A stretch of DNA of 62,170 nucleotides, filler included, from Stramenopiles sp. TOSAG23-3 (GCA_900128585.1; 16 parts of 16 records of this genome joined end to end with filler, not necessarily neighbours in it); one strand, 5' to 3'; shown: positions 1-12,001, counted from the whole stretch's first letter. Numbers and translations: made by a program. Notes: a model not told the origin generated them from the letters alone.

Positions 1-273
1 AAAACACATTAGAATACAAAACGAATAAAAGGGTTGGTTTCCAAAATAATTTTAAAATGCGACATGAATCACTTGGATTATACGGTAAGTGTACGGGCGG
101 GGATAGGCACATAATACCTCATTCACCAATTTTTTTTGTTTTTTTCTTCTTCTTCTGTAGTAGTAATATTATTAATATTATATTATACAATAGTATATAA
201 AGTAAATCTGATATAAACTATTAGAGCCCCTTAGAAAAAATTAGAAAACCGAGAAATATATATAACGTTTTGA

Positions 274-3200
274 TCAAACCTTCTTCCTCGACTTTATTCG
301 TCTCTCAAGCTGTTGCCTCTTTTTCTCTTTCAACACCACCATCTCCTCTTGTTTTCGTTTTAAATGACGACTCTGCTCCTCGCGGTCTTTGTGGATACGA
401 GTAACCTCCATTGAGTGCAACCTGCGCTGCCTAAACTTGGATTTCACGTGTTCCTTCACCACAATTCCTAATGATTTAAGCGTTGGTTTCTTTTTCTTTG
501 CAGAAGCTGGGAGCATAACTTTACGAATCGTTAACAACTTCTTTCGTTTCTTTGCCAACATATTGGTCTTTACAATCGCATCCAGCGATATCTTTTTATG
601 CTTAGTAGGATAGATCTTTGACAATCGTTTCTTTCTATGGGAATGTTGAATCATTCGATCGGCTTCTTTTTCTAGTTTGAATCCACAGGACTTCATTATT
701 TCGTGGATAGCTTCTTCCGGAAGCCATTTCAGGACAGGGAGGTGCTGGGTGACCCATCCCTTCATAAAATTGCGCTTCGTTAGCACTTTCCCCCCCATAA
801 AATACTTAATAAAACGAGATCTACAAAAAGGAAGGGTAATCACCAGAGCAAAGAGGCCCGAAAATATACCGCCACAAGTCATTGCCACCAACAAGAAATC
901 AAAGGTGACTTGCTCGTACCCGTCAGCTTCTTTCAGACGAAAGAGTTCCAGAGCAAACCCACTGATCAAAGACAGAAGCAGACCAAAGGAAAGTGCTATT
1001 TCAAGCATATTGTCCCAGTATGCCTTGTACGGGAATTTGGCCGACACCAGACCAAACCAGGCAGTACAAGTGAGAATCCCTAACAACGCTTGTACCACCG
1101 ATTCTTGCCCGACAAGTATCAGGCCGCCAGTCATCATCAATTTACGAAACATATTTACCATCTCAAAGTAGAAACAATCTTCTGTGTAATTGTCATATAG
1201 TGAGCCGAACTGCTTCTTAACTAACCGGTGGGACTGTTGGTCCAGGGCAGAGGTCTCGTGGAGATGATGCCTATTTTGCCAGAGCACGTAGAATTGTATT
1301 CCTGGAATACCAATCACGTAAATTATCATGCAAAGAATAGCCACGCCCCCGTAATTCCACCATGTACCGACGTAGCATTCTACTGAATAATCTGCCACCA
1401 AATAAAACCGTTCTTGGACCTCTTTGCATTTGAACAACCTGAAGATTTTTGTTGAGAGCCCAGCGTACAAGCCGAATGCTAGTAAAGAACCGAAAGTATA
1501 CAACCGGGTTTTCATGCTTTCTCTGGTGAAATACGGTTCATAATACTTTCCTAAATACTTCTCCCGAAAATGGATAATCCCCCAAACGATACAGACACAA
1601 ACACAAATCACCGGGAATAGAAGCATATGGAACACGAATTTTTGCTTGAAAGTGGTTTGCATATGACAACTGACCTCACCAAAAACGACGTATATGTCAA
1701 GTGACGAAAACTCCAACAGTTTCATCATCTGAGTCATGGTCTCTGGGAACGGTAGCTCGAAGACTACCGGCAGAAAACTCATGCACTGAACATACGTCAA
1801 TAAGATTTTAAATTTAACCATGGCGGTCCCCATTGTGGACACTGCACTGGCTGTTTTCTTTTGTTTGCCACTCAGCGCTTTTCTATGATTCTGTAATTCG
1901 TCGATGTCAATGGTCCCATCGTCAGTCGTATAGTCAATCAACTCTATTTTTGAAATAAAACCGTTTTTGTCCTTATCGATCACCCGAAATATATGGGCAA
2001 TCTCGTTGTCGGTTAATTCAGCGTCCACGAGATGACTGAAGGGCAGAAGGCTTAGCTTTTTCTTCTTCTCAAAGAGGCTTTCAATGTCCATGGTACTCAA
2101 CTTGATACGCAGATCATTCTCTTCTTCACGCGTCAAAGCAGGAAGGGTGAAGTAGTAGTATAAAAATGCGATACCGAAGAACATACATAAAAGAGCTGCT
2201 GTCGTCATCTGCGGTGTTGGTGAGGTTATTCCACCGGCTACGTATCCTTTACAGTAAGAGCAAACACCTTGTTGAAACACGTAATTCTTGTCGCACACGG
2301 CACAGATCGGTGCTGAGTCATTGTACCCCTCCGCACATCTCCTTTTCGTAGAATTACCGCCTACGCATGATTCAGGGATAATACATTCGTAAAGTGGGTA
2401 CTTGACAAAATCTGGAGATTCAAGATTATGGCGCCAGAAGTCTTTCGCGACGGGGGGTGTCTTTATTCCTGCTCTGTCGCACACAAGTCCTTTCTCTGGG
2501 CATTCTGCACAGTCAAGCGTCTGTGGCTTGTACCATTTAGCCCCGCAGATACATTCTGTTCCATTGTTGGAACGGTTGAACGGACCCCGATATTCACCAA
2601 CCCCACAACCCGTGCTGACGATATCAATATTTAGCGTTTGGTCCGGTAGACTCGAGTAATCTGGGTCGCTACTTTCCACCCTGTGCGTGAGTGTACAAGT
2701 ACCGACTACCGACGCTTTCGCAGTTGCAACGGCACGACGCCTGGTGGGTACATTCATCGGAACGGCTGCCATGTCTCCAAAACTAAGTTCGGTTGCCACG
2801 CCACACGTGGACGACACACGGATCTTTACCAATGCACTAGGGACTGTCGATAATTTTACTTCGTAAGAAAATGAATCGCCCTCATTGACCTTTGCTAGCA
2901 GCGGTATTCCCAATACAGCCGGGATCGTTGCTCGCAATACGATAACGTCCATCGATACCCCCAGAGCAGTACCGTTGTACTTTGGGTCGGCGCTCCGTGG
3001 TTGAAGGCGAACGACAGCAACTCCCGGTGTAGCCCCACTTATTGCTCTCAGCTGGATGGTCCGGGTACAATTGTTCCACTTCGACCTTTTAATCACAGGG
3101 TTTGAAACCAGAACAGTGATGAAGGAAGGAGAATCAATGGTAATGTTGACATCAAATGTAGGTTTCGACGCGAGACCAGAGATTGTGATCGTCTCGAGAT

Positions 3201-3806
3201 CACCGCCTTCTGCCAAAACGATTTGCTTTGCTTCCACCAGGAGCTTGGCCGTATCGTCGTCCGCCGCATTTACGACTACTTTCAATGGCCGTATGGTCGA
3301 TTTTGCACGAAACACTTCGTCGTCCGTGAGAACACTGTGAGCAATCTCAAACACTTGGAGGTCGTTATCAGTGGAATCGGGAAGGCTCGAGTAGACGAAC
3401 CGCTGGTGTACGCTCCAATTTGAGGCGTCAAACACTAAATATTCCGGAGTTGCGGACAGAACCGGCGGCGATACAATGCTTTCGCCGTTTTGTAAGGATA
3501 TTTGGGGATTAATACGCACCAACGCACGCGGCTCGGTGTCCAAACGAACGCCATACTGGAAGCTCCCTCCTTCCAAGTTGTAAAACGATAGGAGTTTGAC
3601 TTTGTACGTGTACGAATCTGCCAAGTCCGATATAATCCATAAATTCGCGTCGGCGTGGTCGTCGTTCATCACATTTACGGTAACTGTCCGTTGGGGACTG
3701 GTAGCATACTGGGGGTCCGTCGTTTCCAACGTGTGTACGACGGAGCAGGCATACGTCTCTGCGTTGGTCCCCTCGTCGATCACGTTGCCGTTGGTTTTAA
3801 TAACGA
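274..3806 (-). CDS. Large multi-pass membrane protein (5'-partial): Ig/Calx-beta-like extracellular repeats, Cys-rich segment, TM, EF-hand(s), about 7 further TMs
   Basis: ORF stays open to the gap. Contains LVFDASNWSVHQ / KWNNCTRTI beta-repeat motifs, Cys-rich CGVGEY...CAEGYNDSAPICAVC, EF-hand DKDKNGFISKIEL, and FGSLYDNY...FYFEMVNMFRKL typical of protist TRP-like/7TM families. Confidence 0.75.
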
Positions 3807-3906
3807 NNNNNNNNNNNNNNNNNNNNNNNNNNNNNNNNNNNNNNNNNNNNTTAATTAATTAANNNNNNNNNNNNNNNNNNNNNNNNNNNNNNNNNNNNNN
3901 NNNNNN
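3807..3906. other. Artificial contig spacer (first of 15; others start at 7713, 11618, 15523, 19425, 23324, 27218, 31111, 34998, 38885, 42770, 46654, 50535, 54415, 58294)
   Basis: Identical 44N-TTAATTAATTAA-44N with stops in all six frames; contig lengths never increase along the window (3806 to 3777). Confidence 0.99.
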
Positions 3907-4085
3907 AATACTACATACTATTTTTTAAAAAACAATTACAACTTTGAAAGGGAGGGAAGAAAAACGTTGAAAAAAGTTGGAGTCTTTACTTCGTTTGTAA
4001 ATTTTGGTAGGGAGTCTGTGATTCTGTTATTCTGCGTGCGTTTGAATTGAATACATTTTTTAGTTGGAACTTTACGGTGGAAAGC

Positions 4086-5279
4086 ATGGCAGCCCTAGGC
4101 GAAAACAAGGCGGGCGGGACGCGGGCGGTGCGGCCGAGGGCGCAGAGGAAAAAGCGAAGGGCGGATTTTTCGTGGAAGAAACTGTTGGGAACGGGGGCAT
4201 TTTCCAAAGTGTACTACGTGACCCCCGTTGGTGCGGAAACGGGCAGGGCCTACGCGATAAAGGTAATAGACAAACAGCTTGTGATGCGACTGCGCCAACA
4301 GCACCAAGTGTTCAGGGAACGGGACATTATGGCCAGGCTTGTCCACGAAAACATATGCAACCTCTACTATACGTTTCAGGACCCATCCTACTTATTTTTC
4401 GTCCTAGAACTGTGCCACGGCGGCACTTTGTTCGACGTTATAACCGAACACGGGAGACTAAACAACAAGGCTGCTGTGTTTTACACTGCAGAAATAGTAA
4501 ATGCCCTCAGCTACTTGCACAGTAAGAACATTGCCCACCGAGACCTGAAGCCAGAAAACGTTCTGCTGAGCGCGGACGGGCACGTGAAGCTGGCAGATTT
4601 CGGGGCGGCCTCGGTGTTCTTGTCGGAACCTTCTGGGGGAGATGGGAAGGGCAGCGGCGCCGACGGGGCGCCGAATGATAGAACTGTACATAGCAGGGGG
4701 AGGGAACGGGGTCGCCGGGAAACTTCTGGGGATAACTTTTGTGGGACCGCGGAATATTCGGCGCCGGAGATTTTGAAGAATACGGCACAGGAGAGCTTGA
4801 GTCGCATGGTCGACTTGTGGGCGCTCGGGGTCAGCGTGTTCCAAATGATTGTCGGAAAGCTGCCGTTTCGAGGGGAAAACGAGTATTTAACGTTCGACAC
4901 AATTCTGCAGTACGACCCGCAAACATTTTTTGACCAACAAACGTTTCCCAGGCGGGTCAGCAAGAACTTGATGGCGTTTGTAAAAGAACTCTTGCAGGTC
5001 GAGCCGGAGAACCGAATAGGATTTGGTTCCACACGTGACCTGAAGAACCACCCCCTGTTCCTATACGACGCAAAAATTATAGACTGGAACCTCCTTCAAG
5101 ACATGCCTGCCCCGCCGCTTGCCGGCCAGGGCCAACGCACAGGTTACAGCGGCTTCAGCGGCCTCTGTTGCTGTTGCAAAGACTTATCGGCACCGGAACA
5201 GTATCGCCGGGTCAGCGTGGGAATGGACGACGACGAGTCGTACTTTGAAATGCTTTACGAAGAGAGTCAGAGAGGGTAA
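4086..5279 (+). CDS. AGC-group Ser/Thr kinase, PDK1-like, no PH domain
   Basis: LGTGAFSKV, YAIK, HRDLKPEN, DFG, FCGTAEYSAPE, PFRGENEYLTF (PDK1-like); first ATG at 4086. Confidence 0.85.
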   Translation: MAALGENKAGGTRAVRPRAQRKKRRADFSWKKLLGTGAFSKVYYVTPVGAETGRAYAIKVIDKQLVMRLRQQHQVFRERDIMARLVHENICNLYYTFQDPSYLFFVLELCHGGTLFDVITEHGRLNNKAAVFYTAEIVNALSYLHSKNIAHRDLKPENVLLSADGHVKLADFGAASVFLSEPSGGDGKGSGADGAPNDRTVHSRGRERGRRETSGDNFCGTAEYSAPEILKNTAQESLSRMVDLWALGVSVFQMIVGKLPFRGENEYLTFDTILQYDPQTFFDQQTFPRRVSKNLMAFVKELLQVEPENRIGFGSTRDLKNHPLFLYDAKIIDWNLLQDMPAPPLAGQGQRTGYSGFSGLCCCCKDLSAPEQYRRVSVGMDDDESYFEMLYEESQRG

Positions 5280-5462
5280 CACCTGCGTGGTCTAAATTTT
5301 TAAACACATTTAAAAAATGATCATATTTTAAAATGTGTACCAAGTATTAATCGTATATGCATACTCTTACGAGTTACGAAAGTGATGTTGTGGTGTGTGT
5401 TTTAATAAATCTTTTCTCTTTATGTACGAAGCCGTACAAGTGTATACCGCTTGAACGCACTA

Positions 5463-7463
5463 TCACTTCATCAACTCCTTGATTTTGTTTACAATAGACT
5501 TTGAGTCGTATCCCTGGTGGTACGCTTGTTCCCAGAGCCCGCCACAGCCTTCTCGATGTGTGCCAATGTACCCATACTTGGGAGAGTGCCCCCTCTCCAA
5601 CAGCCAAGTTCCGTAACGGATGCCCAGACCGTTTCGACGGGACAATGGTTCCACAACAAGGGCGAAACCGGAGTTCCCTACGGTCGCCAACGATTCCTCG
5701 TCGCAAACGTTCAAGGTGACCTTGTTGATCAAGCCAACGTCGTGGCCTTCGGCACGCAGCCGCTCTACGGCATCAAGCGCCCGGTAAAGCGCGTCTCCAA
5801 AAGTCACAACGTACCCTTTTGTCCCTGTCCGTACGATCTCATCTTTTCCCGGAACAAACTTGTAACCCGAATCGGCCGAGTACATCGACTTACCGTCCGT
5901 GCCGAGGACACGGGGCAATTTCGAGCGGGTACTAAAGACAAACCTCAGTCCCTGGTCGCTGAAGATAGAATTCACGACCGCTTTCATTTGCTCGCCGTCC
6001 GCTGGAAAATACAGCCGCGTCTCGTAGCCATCCTCGAGGCCGTTGTCCGCGTAAAAATTGTTCAACCCAAAGTGGCACGAGTTGTCGGCCATGTCGTCCA
6101 CACCACTGTGCGAAAAATGACAAAGAACGTTCGAACGATTCAAACGCGCCATGGTGAACTCGGACGTGCACATTTCCAGGAATGCTGCGAATGTGGAGAA
6201 TATGCCTTGGCGATTCTCGCCCCCTGGAAGTGTAGACATTCCAAACCCTGCTGCAGCAGAAAAGTTTCCGCGCTCCATGATCCCAGACTTGATGTAAATG
6301 TCCGGGTGGTTTTTGGCAATGTGGGAGAACCCCACGGATCCTTCCAAGTCCGAATCGATCGCCCTTACACTGGCCCGTTTCGTTGCTGGGTCCATTTTAT
6401 CGAGTATTTCCACCAACGTTTGCCCAAATATGTTTCGGTTGCTGAGCTTGGCGCCATCTGTCCCCAGGTACTCCTTCTGTGGGTCTTTCGTGGACGGCGT
6501 AGCCTGCACATATGCCGCAGCGTCGGACAAGCCCCGCTGTTCCAAGTACGGCACCGCGTGTCCGATGGCAAGAGCATCGTGCCCATGGGTCGTTCCTTCG
6601 ACGCCGTCAATGCCAGGGCACATCAAACGCTTGGAGACGACTGCCATTGGTCCGTCACTTACAACTGCGTTGCGAACAGCGGCGTACAATTTGTCGACCA
6701 CTTCGCCCTGAACTTCCGAGGTTGGAATGCCGTGGCCTTCGAGCGTTTTCTTCAGGTCCCAGCCAGGGAGGTAGTCTGACGGGTGCCCTGCAATGGTGAC
6801 GTTGTTGTCGTCGATCAACAGCTTTACGTTCAGTCCCTGCGCAGCCGCGAGCCGAGCGGCTTCCGCGTCGTTGCCTTCCATTTGTGAGCCGTCTGAACCA
6901 AGGCAGAAAACAACTTTGTCCTTGTTCGCCATCGCGATCCCGTTAACGTATGGCCACATGTGGCCCAAGCGGCCAGAACTGAACTGGACCCCAGGCGTAA
7001 GGCCAAGCTCTGGGTGGCCGGGCAGGCAGCTGTGCCCCACGCGGTAATTGCAGAGCTGCTTTGCGCTCATGTGCCCATGGAGCACAGAAAGCAAGTACTG
7101 CGTGGCAACGCGGTGGCCCGCCTCGTCGAAGAAGACTGGGACGAACTTGTCCGGGCAGGCTCGGAAAAACGCGTCCATAAGCAGAACTTCTGGGACGGTG
7201 TCGAACGCTCCGCCAGTGTGGCCCCCGTAGCCACTCTTCTTTCCGCACGCCGTGAATACCACGATAGCGTCACGACACAGTTGAATATTCTTTTTCCACG
7301 TTTCCTTTTGGGCCGCCGACAAGGTCTCCGTGCGCCAAGGATTTATTTCCATGGGCACAAACTTGGACAAGTCAATTGGAAAATCCGCGCTTGGCTCCGG
7401 TAGCATTGTTGGGGTATGCACTTGTTTTTGCTTTTTCAAAGCAGGTTCAGCAATGGAGGTCAT
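5463..7463 (-). CDS. Divergent transketolase-family (ThDP-dependent) enzyme
   Basis: GGHTGG, LPGHPE, SSGRLGH, ThDP motif variant GSDGSQMEG...DDNN, DSDLEGS, GIMER, FSTFAAF, SHSG; 666 aa. Confidence 0.85.
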   Translation of the reverse strand: MTSIAEPALKKQKQVHTPTMLPEPSADFPIDLSKFVPMEINPWRTETLSAAQKETWKKNIQLCRDAIVVFTACGKKSGYGGHTGGAFDTVPEVLLMDAFFRACPDKFVPVFFDEAGHRVATQYLLSVLHGHMSAKQLCNYRVGHSCLPGHPELGLTPGVQFSSGRLGHMWPYVNGIAMANKDKVVFCLGSDGSQMEGNDAEAARLAAAQGLNVKLLIDDNNVTIAGHPSDYLPGWDLKKTLEGHGIPTSEVQGEVVDKLYAAVRNAVVSDGPMAVVSKRLMCPGIDGVEGTTHGHDALAIGHAVPYLEQRGLSDAAAYVQATPSTKDPQKEYLGTDGAKLSNRNIFGQTLVEILDKMDPATKRASVRAIDSDLEGSVGFSHIAKNHPDIYIKSGIMERGNFSAAAGFGMSTLPGGENRQGIFSTFAAFLEMCTSEFTMARLNRSNVLCHFSHSGVDDMADNSCHFGLNNFYADNGLEDGYETRLYFPADGEQMKAVVNSIFSDQGLRFVFSTRSKLPRVLGTDGKSMYSADSGYKFVPGKDEIVRTGTKGYVVTFGDALYRALDAVERLRAEGHDVGLINKVTLNVCDEESLATVGNSGFALVVEPLSRRNGLGIRYGTWLLERGHSPKYGYIGTHREGCGGLWEQAYHQGYDSKSIVNKIKELMK

Positions 7464-7812
7464 CGTTTGTTCAATATATGATGTGTTCGTCTTCTTTCAG
7501 AAATTGTATCTGTGCGTATGTGTATATATTCAATTGGAGGTTTACGTTTCAGAATATGCACTAGAAAGATACATCTAAACCTACAAAAAAAACAAGGGCG
7601 AACGTACACCAACATATTAAATCTTACAAAGAAGAAGGAATGCGATATTAATTATAATAACTTTATTTATTTATTATATGATCAAATAAAATAAGAAGAA
7701 AAGAAAAGAAGANNNNNNNNNNNNNNNNNNNNNNNNNNNNNNNNNNNNNNNNNNNNTTAATTAATTAANNNNNNNNNNNNNNNNNNNNNNNNNNNNNNNN
7801 NNNNNNNNNNNN

Positions 7813-10800
7813 GGCAGTGTTGGGCAGATCAGGCAAATATTCATGGCATCAGTTGTTAGAAGTATCTTGTTATGCCCCCCTTGATCTTACTCAAGCCCCG
7901 GATCTCATCATCAATGTGTTTCTCGTGGCGGGGCGTAGCCGTCGAAAGATATGCTTTGACAGGGTACCTTTGGTTGATCTTGTGGCTCCAAATGATGCTG
8001 AAAATAGATCCTACTCGTTTTATGTCAACGGAAAGACTTGCCGTCGCGCGTACGTGGACCCCGCCAAATTATGGATCGCTAAATGGCGGCCATTGCACGC
8101 TGCAACTGTTGGAACAAGCGCGGGGAATACGATGGCAGGAATTTCAACATCACAAATGCCTGCAACTTCATATGGATTTTTGTCATGTGCTCTGGGGTTT
8201 GGGATACCTGACAAGGCACCCAAAATGCAAAGGGTCTTATCACACAATGCATCGGTTTATCCATCAGGGAATGGAAGTCAAATTACAAAGACAAAACTGA
8301 TCAAAGACGCCACACCTAAGCTCAGTGGAATATCAGTAATATCTTCATCAACATCCCCTGGCGTGCGTTCTATTGGGTGCGCACGCGTTGGCACTGCGCC
8401 TGGAGGACCACGCGAGTGGACAATTCGTGTCTACGTATATGCTATATCAAACCTTCCCCCAGGAGATCGATCTGGAGATCTTAATCCATCTTTGGTTATC
8501 AAATGCGGAACAAATGCTGCTGTGCGCTTGTGGCCTGCATCTACTTCATCATCCAAATCAACCGAATTATCATCCAAATCATTATCCGCTTCATCAGAAC
8601 AACATACAAGCACAAGAAATCCATTGTTCATGAAATACTGTGAGCTTCGCGTCACGTGCACTGGGGGCATCCATCGGTTATCTCCATTGTGTTTTCAGGT
8701 GCATCACGGCCATTCCACACACATTCGGCAAACAAGAGTTATTGCACGAGGAGAAATCAGCATCTCTGACCTGGTGACTATTCAGAACCATAAGCCGACC
8801 TTATTAATGTATCCACTCCGATGGCACACTCGTGGCCGGGTACAACCGAGCGGGGATTCGACGGGAATCCCGGTACTGCCGGCAATAGATGCACGAACAC
8901 CGATGCTTCTTGCACGTGTTGTGTGTTTTCAGTCTTTGTTGATCCATGGGGTGCCCGGTGCGACCGCCAGATGGCAGTTTAGTGAGGCGAAAGAGGGTTG
9001 TTTGGTCACAGAATCCGACGCAGAATCCGACGCAGGATCCGATTCTGGATCGAAACTAGAAAAGTCATCGACCAAAAGATCAACCAAGTTATCAACCAAC
9101 ACATCATCCAAATTATCATCCAAATTATCATCCAACACATCATGGTGTGATTATCCAAAGCGCGAGTCGATTCGGCTTGAACTGAGCTATCGCTCGGGCT
9201 CGCGGTCGCTTCGCATGTGGGTATTGTCGCGTGCTGTGGCATTGCCTAGTACTGCATTGCCTAGTATTGCATTGACTAGCACTTCGAAACAAGATCTTGG
9301 ACGACGCGAATGTGAGTTTACGGTGCCTGTAAGCAATGATGCTTACAAGTCCACTCGGCAACAGTCGTCAATGCGACACCAGCGTGGACGTGCACACACA
9401 CGTGCACACGGAACCCAAACTCAGCTTCATGGTGAAGCACGGTACCTTCGATCTAATGTGAGGGTTCAGGTGAGGCGCTTGGGCGTGCCACTCACGCTTG
9501 AAGAGTCAGAGCGGGTGCGAATTCAGGAATCCCGGTTACTACCGGGATTTGATGATGTGTCAAAAGACTACACGAATACGGGGCTGTTTGAGTGGGCATC
9601 GCTTCAAGTAGAAATTCTGTCCCTGCGACGCGCTCAAAAAATCAAATTAACGGGCTCCCGTGCTGGGATTTTGGGTGATTTGAAATCTGTGGTTGTTGAA
9701 GTATCTTTTTCGAATCGATTGGATTCCATATCAACTCCATGGCTCCGCACCCAGCCAACGCGACCGCAGACAATACGTGTGGATTTAAGCGATAATGGTA
9801 ATGCAACCATATTGAGAACGCTGAGTCTCACATGGATCCCAGTGCTTCGAGCATGCCCCAGTGCAACAGCAGTGGCATTTAGGTTACGAGACGCAACCAA
9901 CGGAACATTGTTGGGTCAGAGCTAAGAGCATAGCAAGCGCTTTTTTATTTCTTATTGGATTTATTTTTCGGCATAGCTGACATGTGCCCCGCCTTCCAGC
10001 GCTAGAAGAGGTACCTCTTACACAGTTGATGACCGGTCCATATTTTACACCAGCAGTCTTTGATCCACTTCAAGATCCTTCCAACACTCCATGTTCCAAC
10101 CCCCCATTGCGAACGTTTCGCGATACTAAAGGGAGTCTCGGTGGATTTGAGAGTACCGGGCTTGGTGCAGGGCTTGGTGCAGGTGGCGGATTTACAAGTA
10201 GCGGAAATGATGGGAGTTACAGTAGTGGTAAGATTGGAGGTGCAGATGCAGTTAGGCGCTCTAGACCCTGTATGAGTGCACAAAACATATGCACATACGT
10301 GACAGAACTCGAAGAGAAACGGAAGAGACGGCAGCATGCGTTACAGCTTCGAGCGAAACGCACAAATGGATCGGTTGCAGGAGGAGTCAAAGAGCATGGC
10401 ATCTCGGAACCTACAGCTACACCGACAGCTACACCCACAGCTACACTGACAGCTAAACCCATAGCTAAACCCATAGCCTGGACGGAAGCAAAAGCAGAAG
10501 CTGCAAGTCAGGAATTTTTGTCCTTTGCTCTGACGTCAAGAACGGGTGAACAATTGACAAAGCGTAAGATTGGGCTTGACCCCGCCAGTGTTAATGCATC
10601 TTGGGTTGCAGATACCGTGTACAGTGATTCCACGTTTGTTTCGCGTTTCGGTGACGCTGGTAGCGTCCATGGGCGCGTCCATGGGCGCGGCGATGCACAT
10701 GGTGATGGACATGGCAACGGTCGTGGCTATAATCGTGGCAATGGTCGTGGCTATAATCGTGGCTATGGTCGTGGCCATCAGGATGATGAAAAAAAAGGCC

Positions 10801-11617
10801 TTGGTACTTTTGCAGATGAATCCAAATTCCAGTATCAAAATGAAGTTTCCAAGAACTCACTCACTCGCTCATTTCACAGAATTAATTTTTCGGCAGGGTG
10901 TAGGGTTGATGATGATGCTGGTGTGGGGCTATCTAGACCGTGTGTGCTCAACTGTTTTGCACGTGTCGCAAAGGCGCCGCCTCACCCGACGCGGCAAGCC
11001 GCCAAGTCTAGCCTGAGCTCTTTGCAAGATTCACGTGAGCCCCGTGATGTCCCTCAGAATCATGGATTTTCCTTTGTTCGCCCGCCGTCACTTTTGCGTA
11101 AATTTGCGCACTTGTACAGAGAATCGTACGTGTGCAGGTTGTACGTGTATCGTGGATACAACTTATCAGGTCACGGCACCGCCCATGACGAGTTGGATCC
11201 GTTTTTACGGATTTCGAACGGGAGTTCAGGCATTGCCACTGACAGTGCACACATCAATGAGATCAAAGCCACAGCCATCGGGGCTAGCCCAGCTTTTTAT
11301 CAAGTGGTTGAGTTGGCTTGTGTCTTGCCGTACAACGGGGATTTGGTTGTGACTGCATTGACGCGGTCATCTTTGGGGTCATCTTTGGGGTCATCTTTGA
11401 GCATAGAGTCGTGTGTGGGTAAGGCAGTACTGGATATTGAATCTCGGGTTCTTCACGGCCGGTTACGTTGCGAGAAGGAGTACATCAGTTTATACAATGA
11501 GCAATATGGGACACCGCAGGGTAAGCTACTGGTCCGTCTCCATATTCTGCGACAAAGTGAAGCAAGTGAGCTCGTCGCGGATGACATTGTGGCTCCATCA
11601 AAGCGTGTGTGTGTGTG
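7813..11617 (+). CDS. Ferlin-like multi-C2-domain protein (partial at both ends); two exons with a predicted intron at 9915-9999
   Basis: C2-like strands WTIRVYVYAISNLPPGDRSGDLNP and CRLYVYRGYNL...DPFLRI...GTPQGKLLVRL; the GT..AG intron joins ORFs 7817 and 9984 in frame. Confidence 0.7.
9915..9999 (+). other. Predicted 85-nt spliceosomal intron
   Basis: GTCAGA donor, T-rich interior, CTGAC branch point (9977-9981), TTCCAG acceptor; phase-1 splice gives ...NGTLL-A-LEEVPL... Confidence 0.7.
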
Positions 11618-11858
11618 NNNNNNNNNNNNNNNNNNNNNNNNNNNNNNNNNNNNNNNNNNNNTTAATTAATTAANNNNNNNNNNNNNNNNNNNNNNNNNNN
11701 NNNNNNNNNNNNNNNNNAGAAGGGAGTGCAACGAACGACTGGACTGGTCTCCTCTGTGTGGCAATGGCATTCATATTTGAATTTTTAATTCTATTCTTTT
11801 GCTATGATTATGTTATTATATTATAGATAGGATACAGCAGGAGTATTATCTCTAGTTT

Positions 11859-12001
11859 ACTTCTTTCCTTTTCTTTCCTTTTCTTTTCTTTTCTTTTCTT
11901 TCCTTTTCTTTTCTTTTCTTTCCTTTCCTTTTCTTTTCTTTTCTTTTCTTTTCCTTTTCTTTCTTTTCCTTTTCTTTCCTTTTCTTTTCTTTTCTTTCCT
12001 T
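11859..12001 (+). repeat. Polypyrimidine (TTTTC)n tract
   Basis: About 140 nt of pure C/T. Confidence 0.9.

Noticed and set aside
3851..3862. TTAATTAATTAA palindrome repeated 15 times at about 3.9-kb spacing
   Set aside because: Artificial stop-in-all-frames spacer inside N runs; the regular spacing reflects length-sorted contigs
5517..6779. 420-aa ORF antisense to the transketolase
   Set aside because: Shadow ORF of a GC3-rich gene; no recognisable motifs
9923..9983. Stop-codon readthrough or programmed frameshift between the two ferlin-like ORFs
   Set aside because: A canonical GT-AG intron with a branch point explains the frame change
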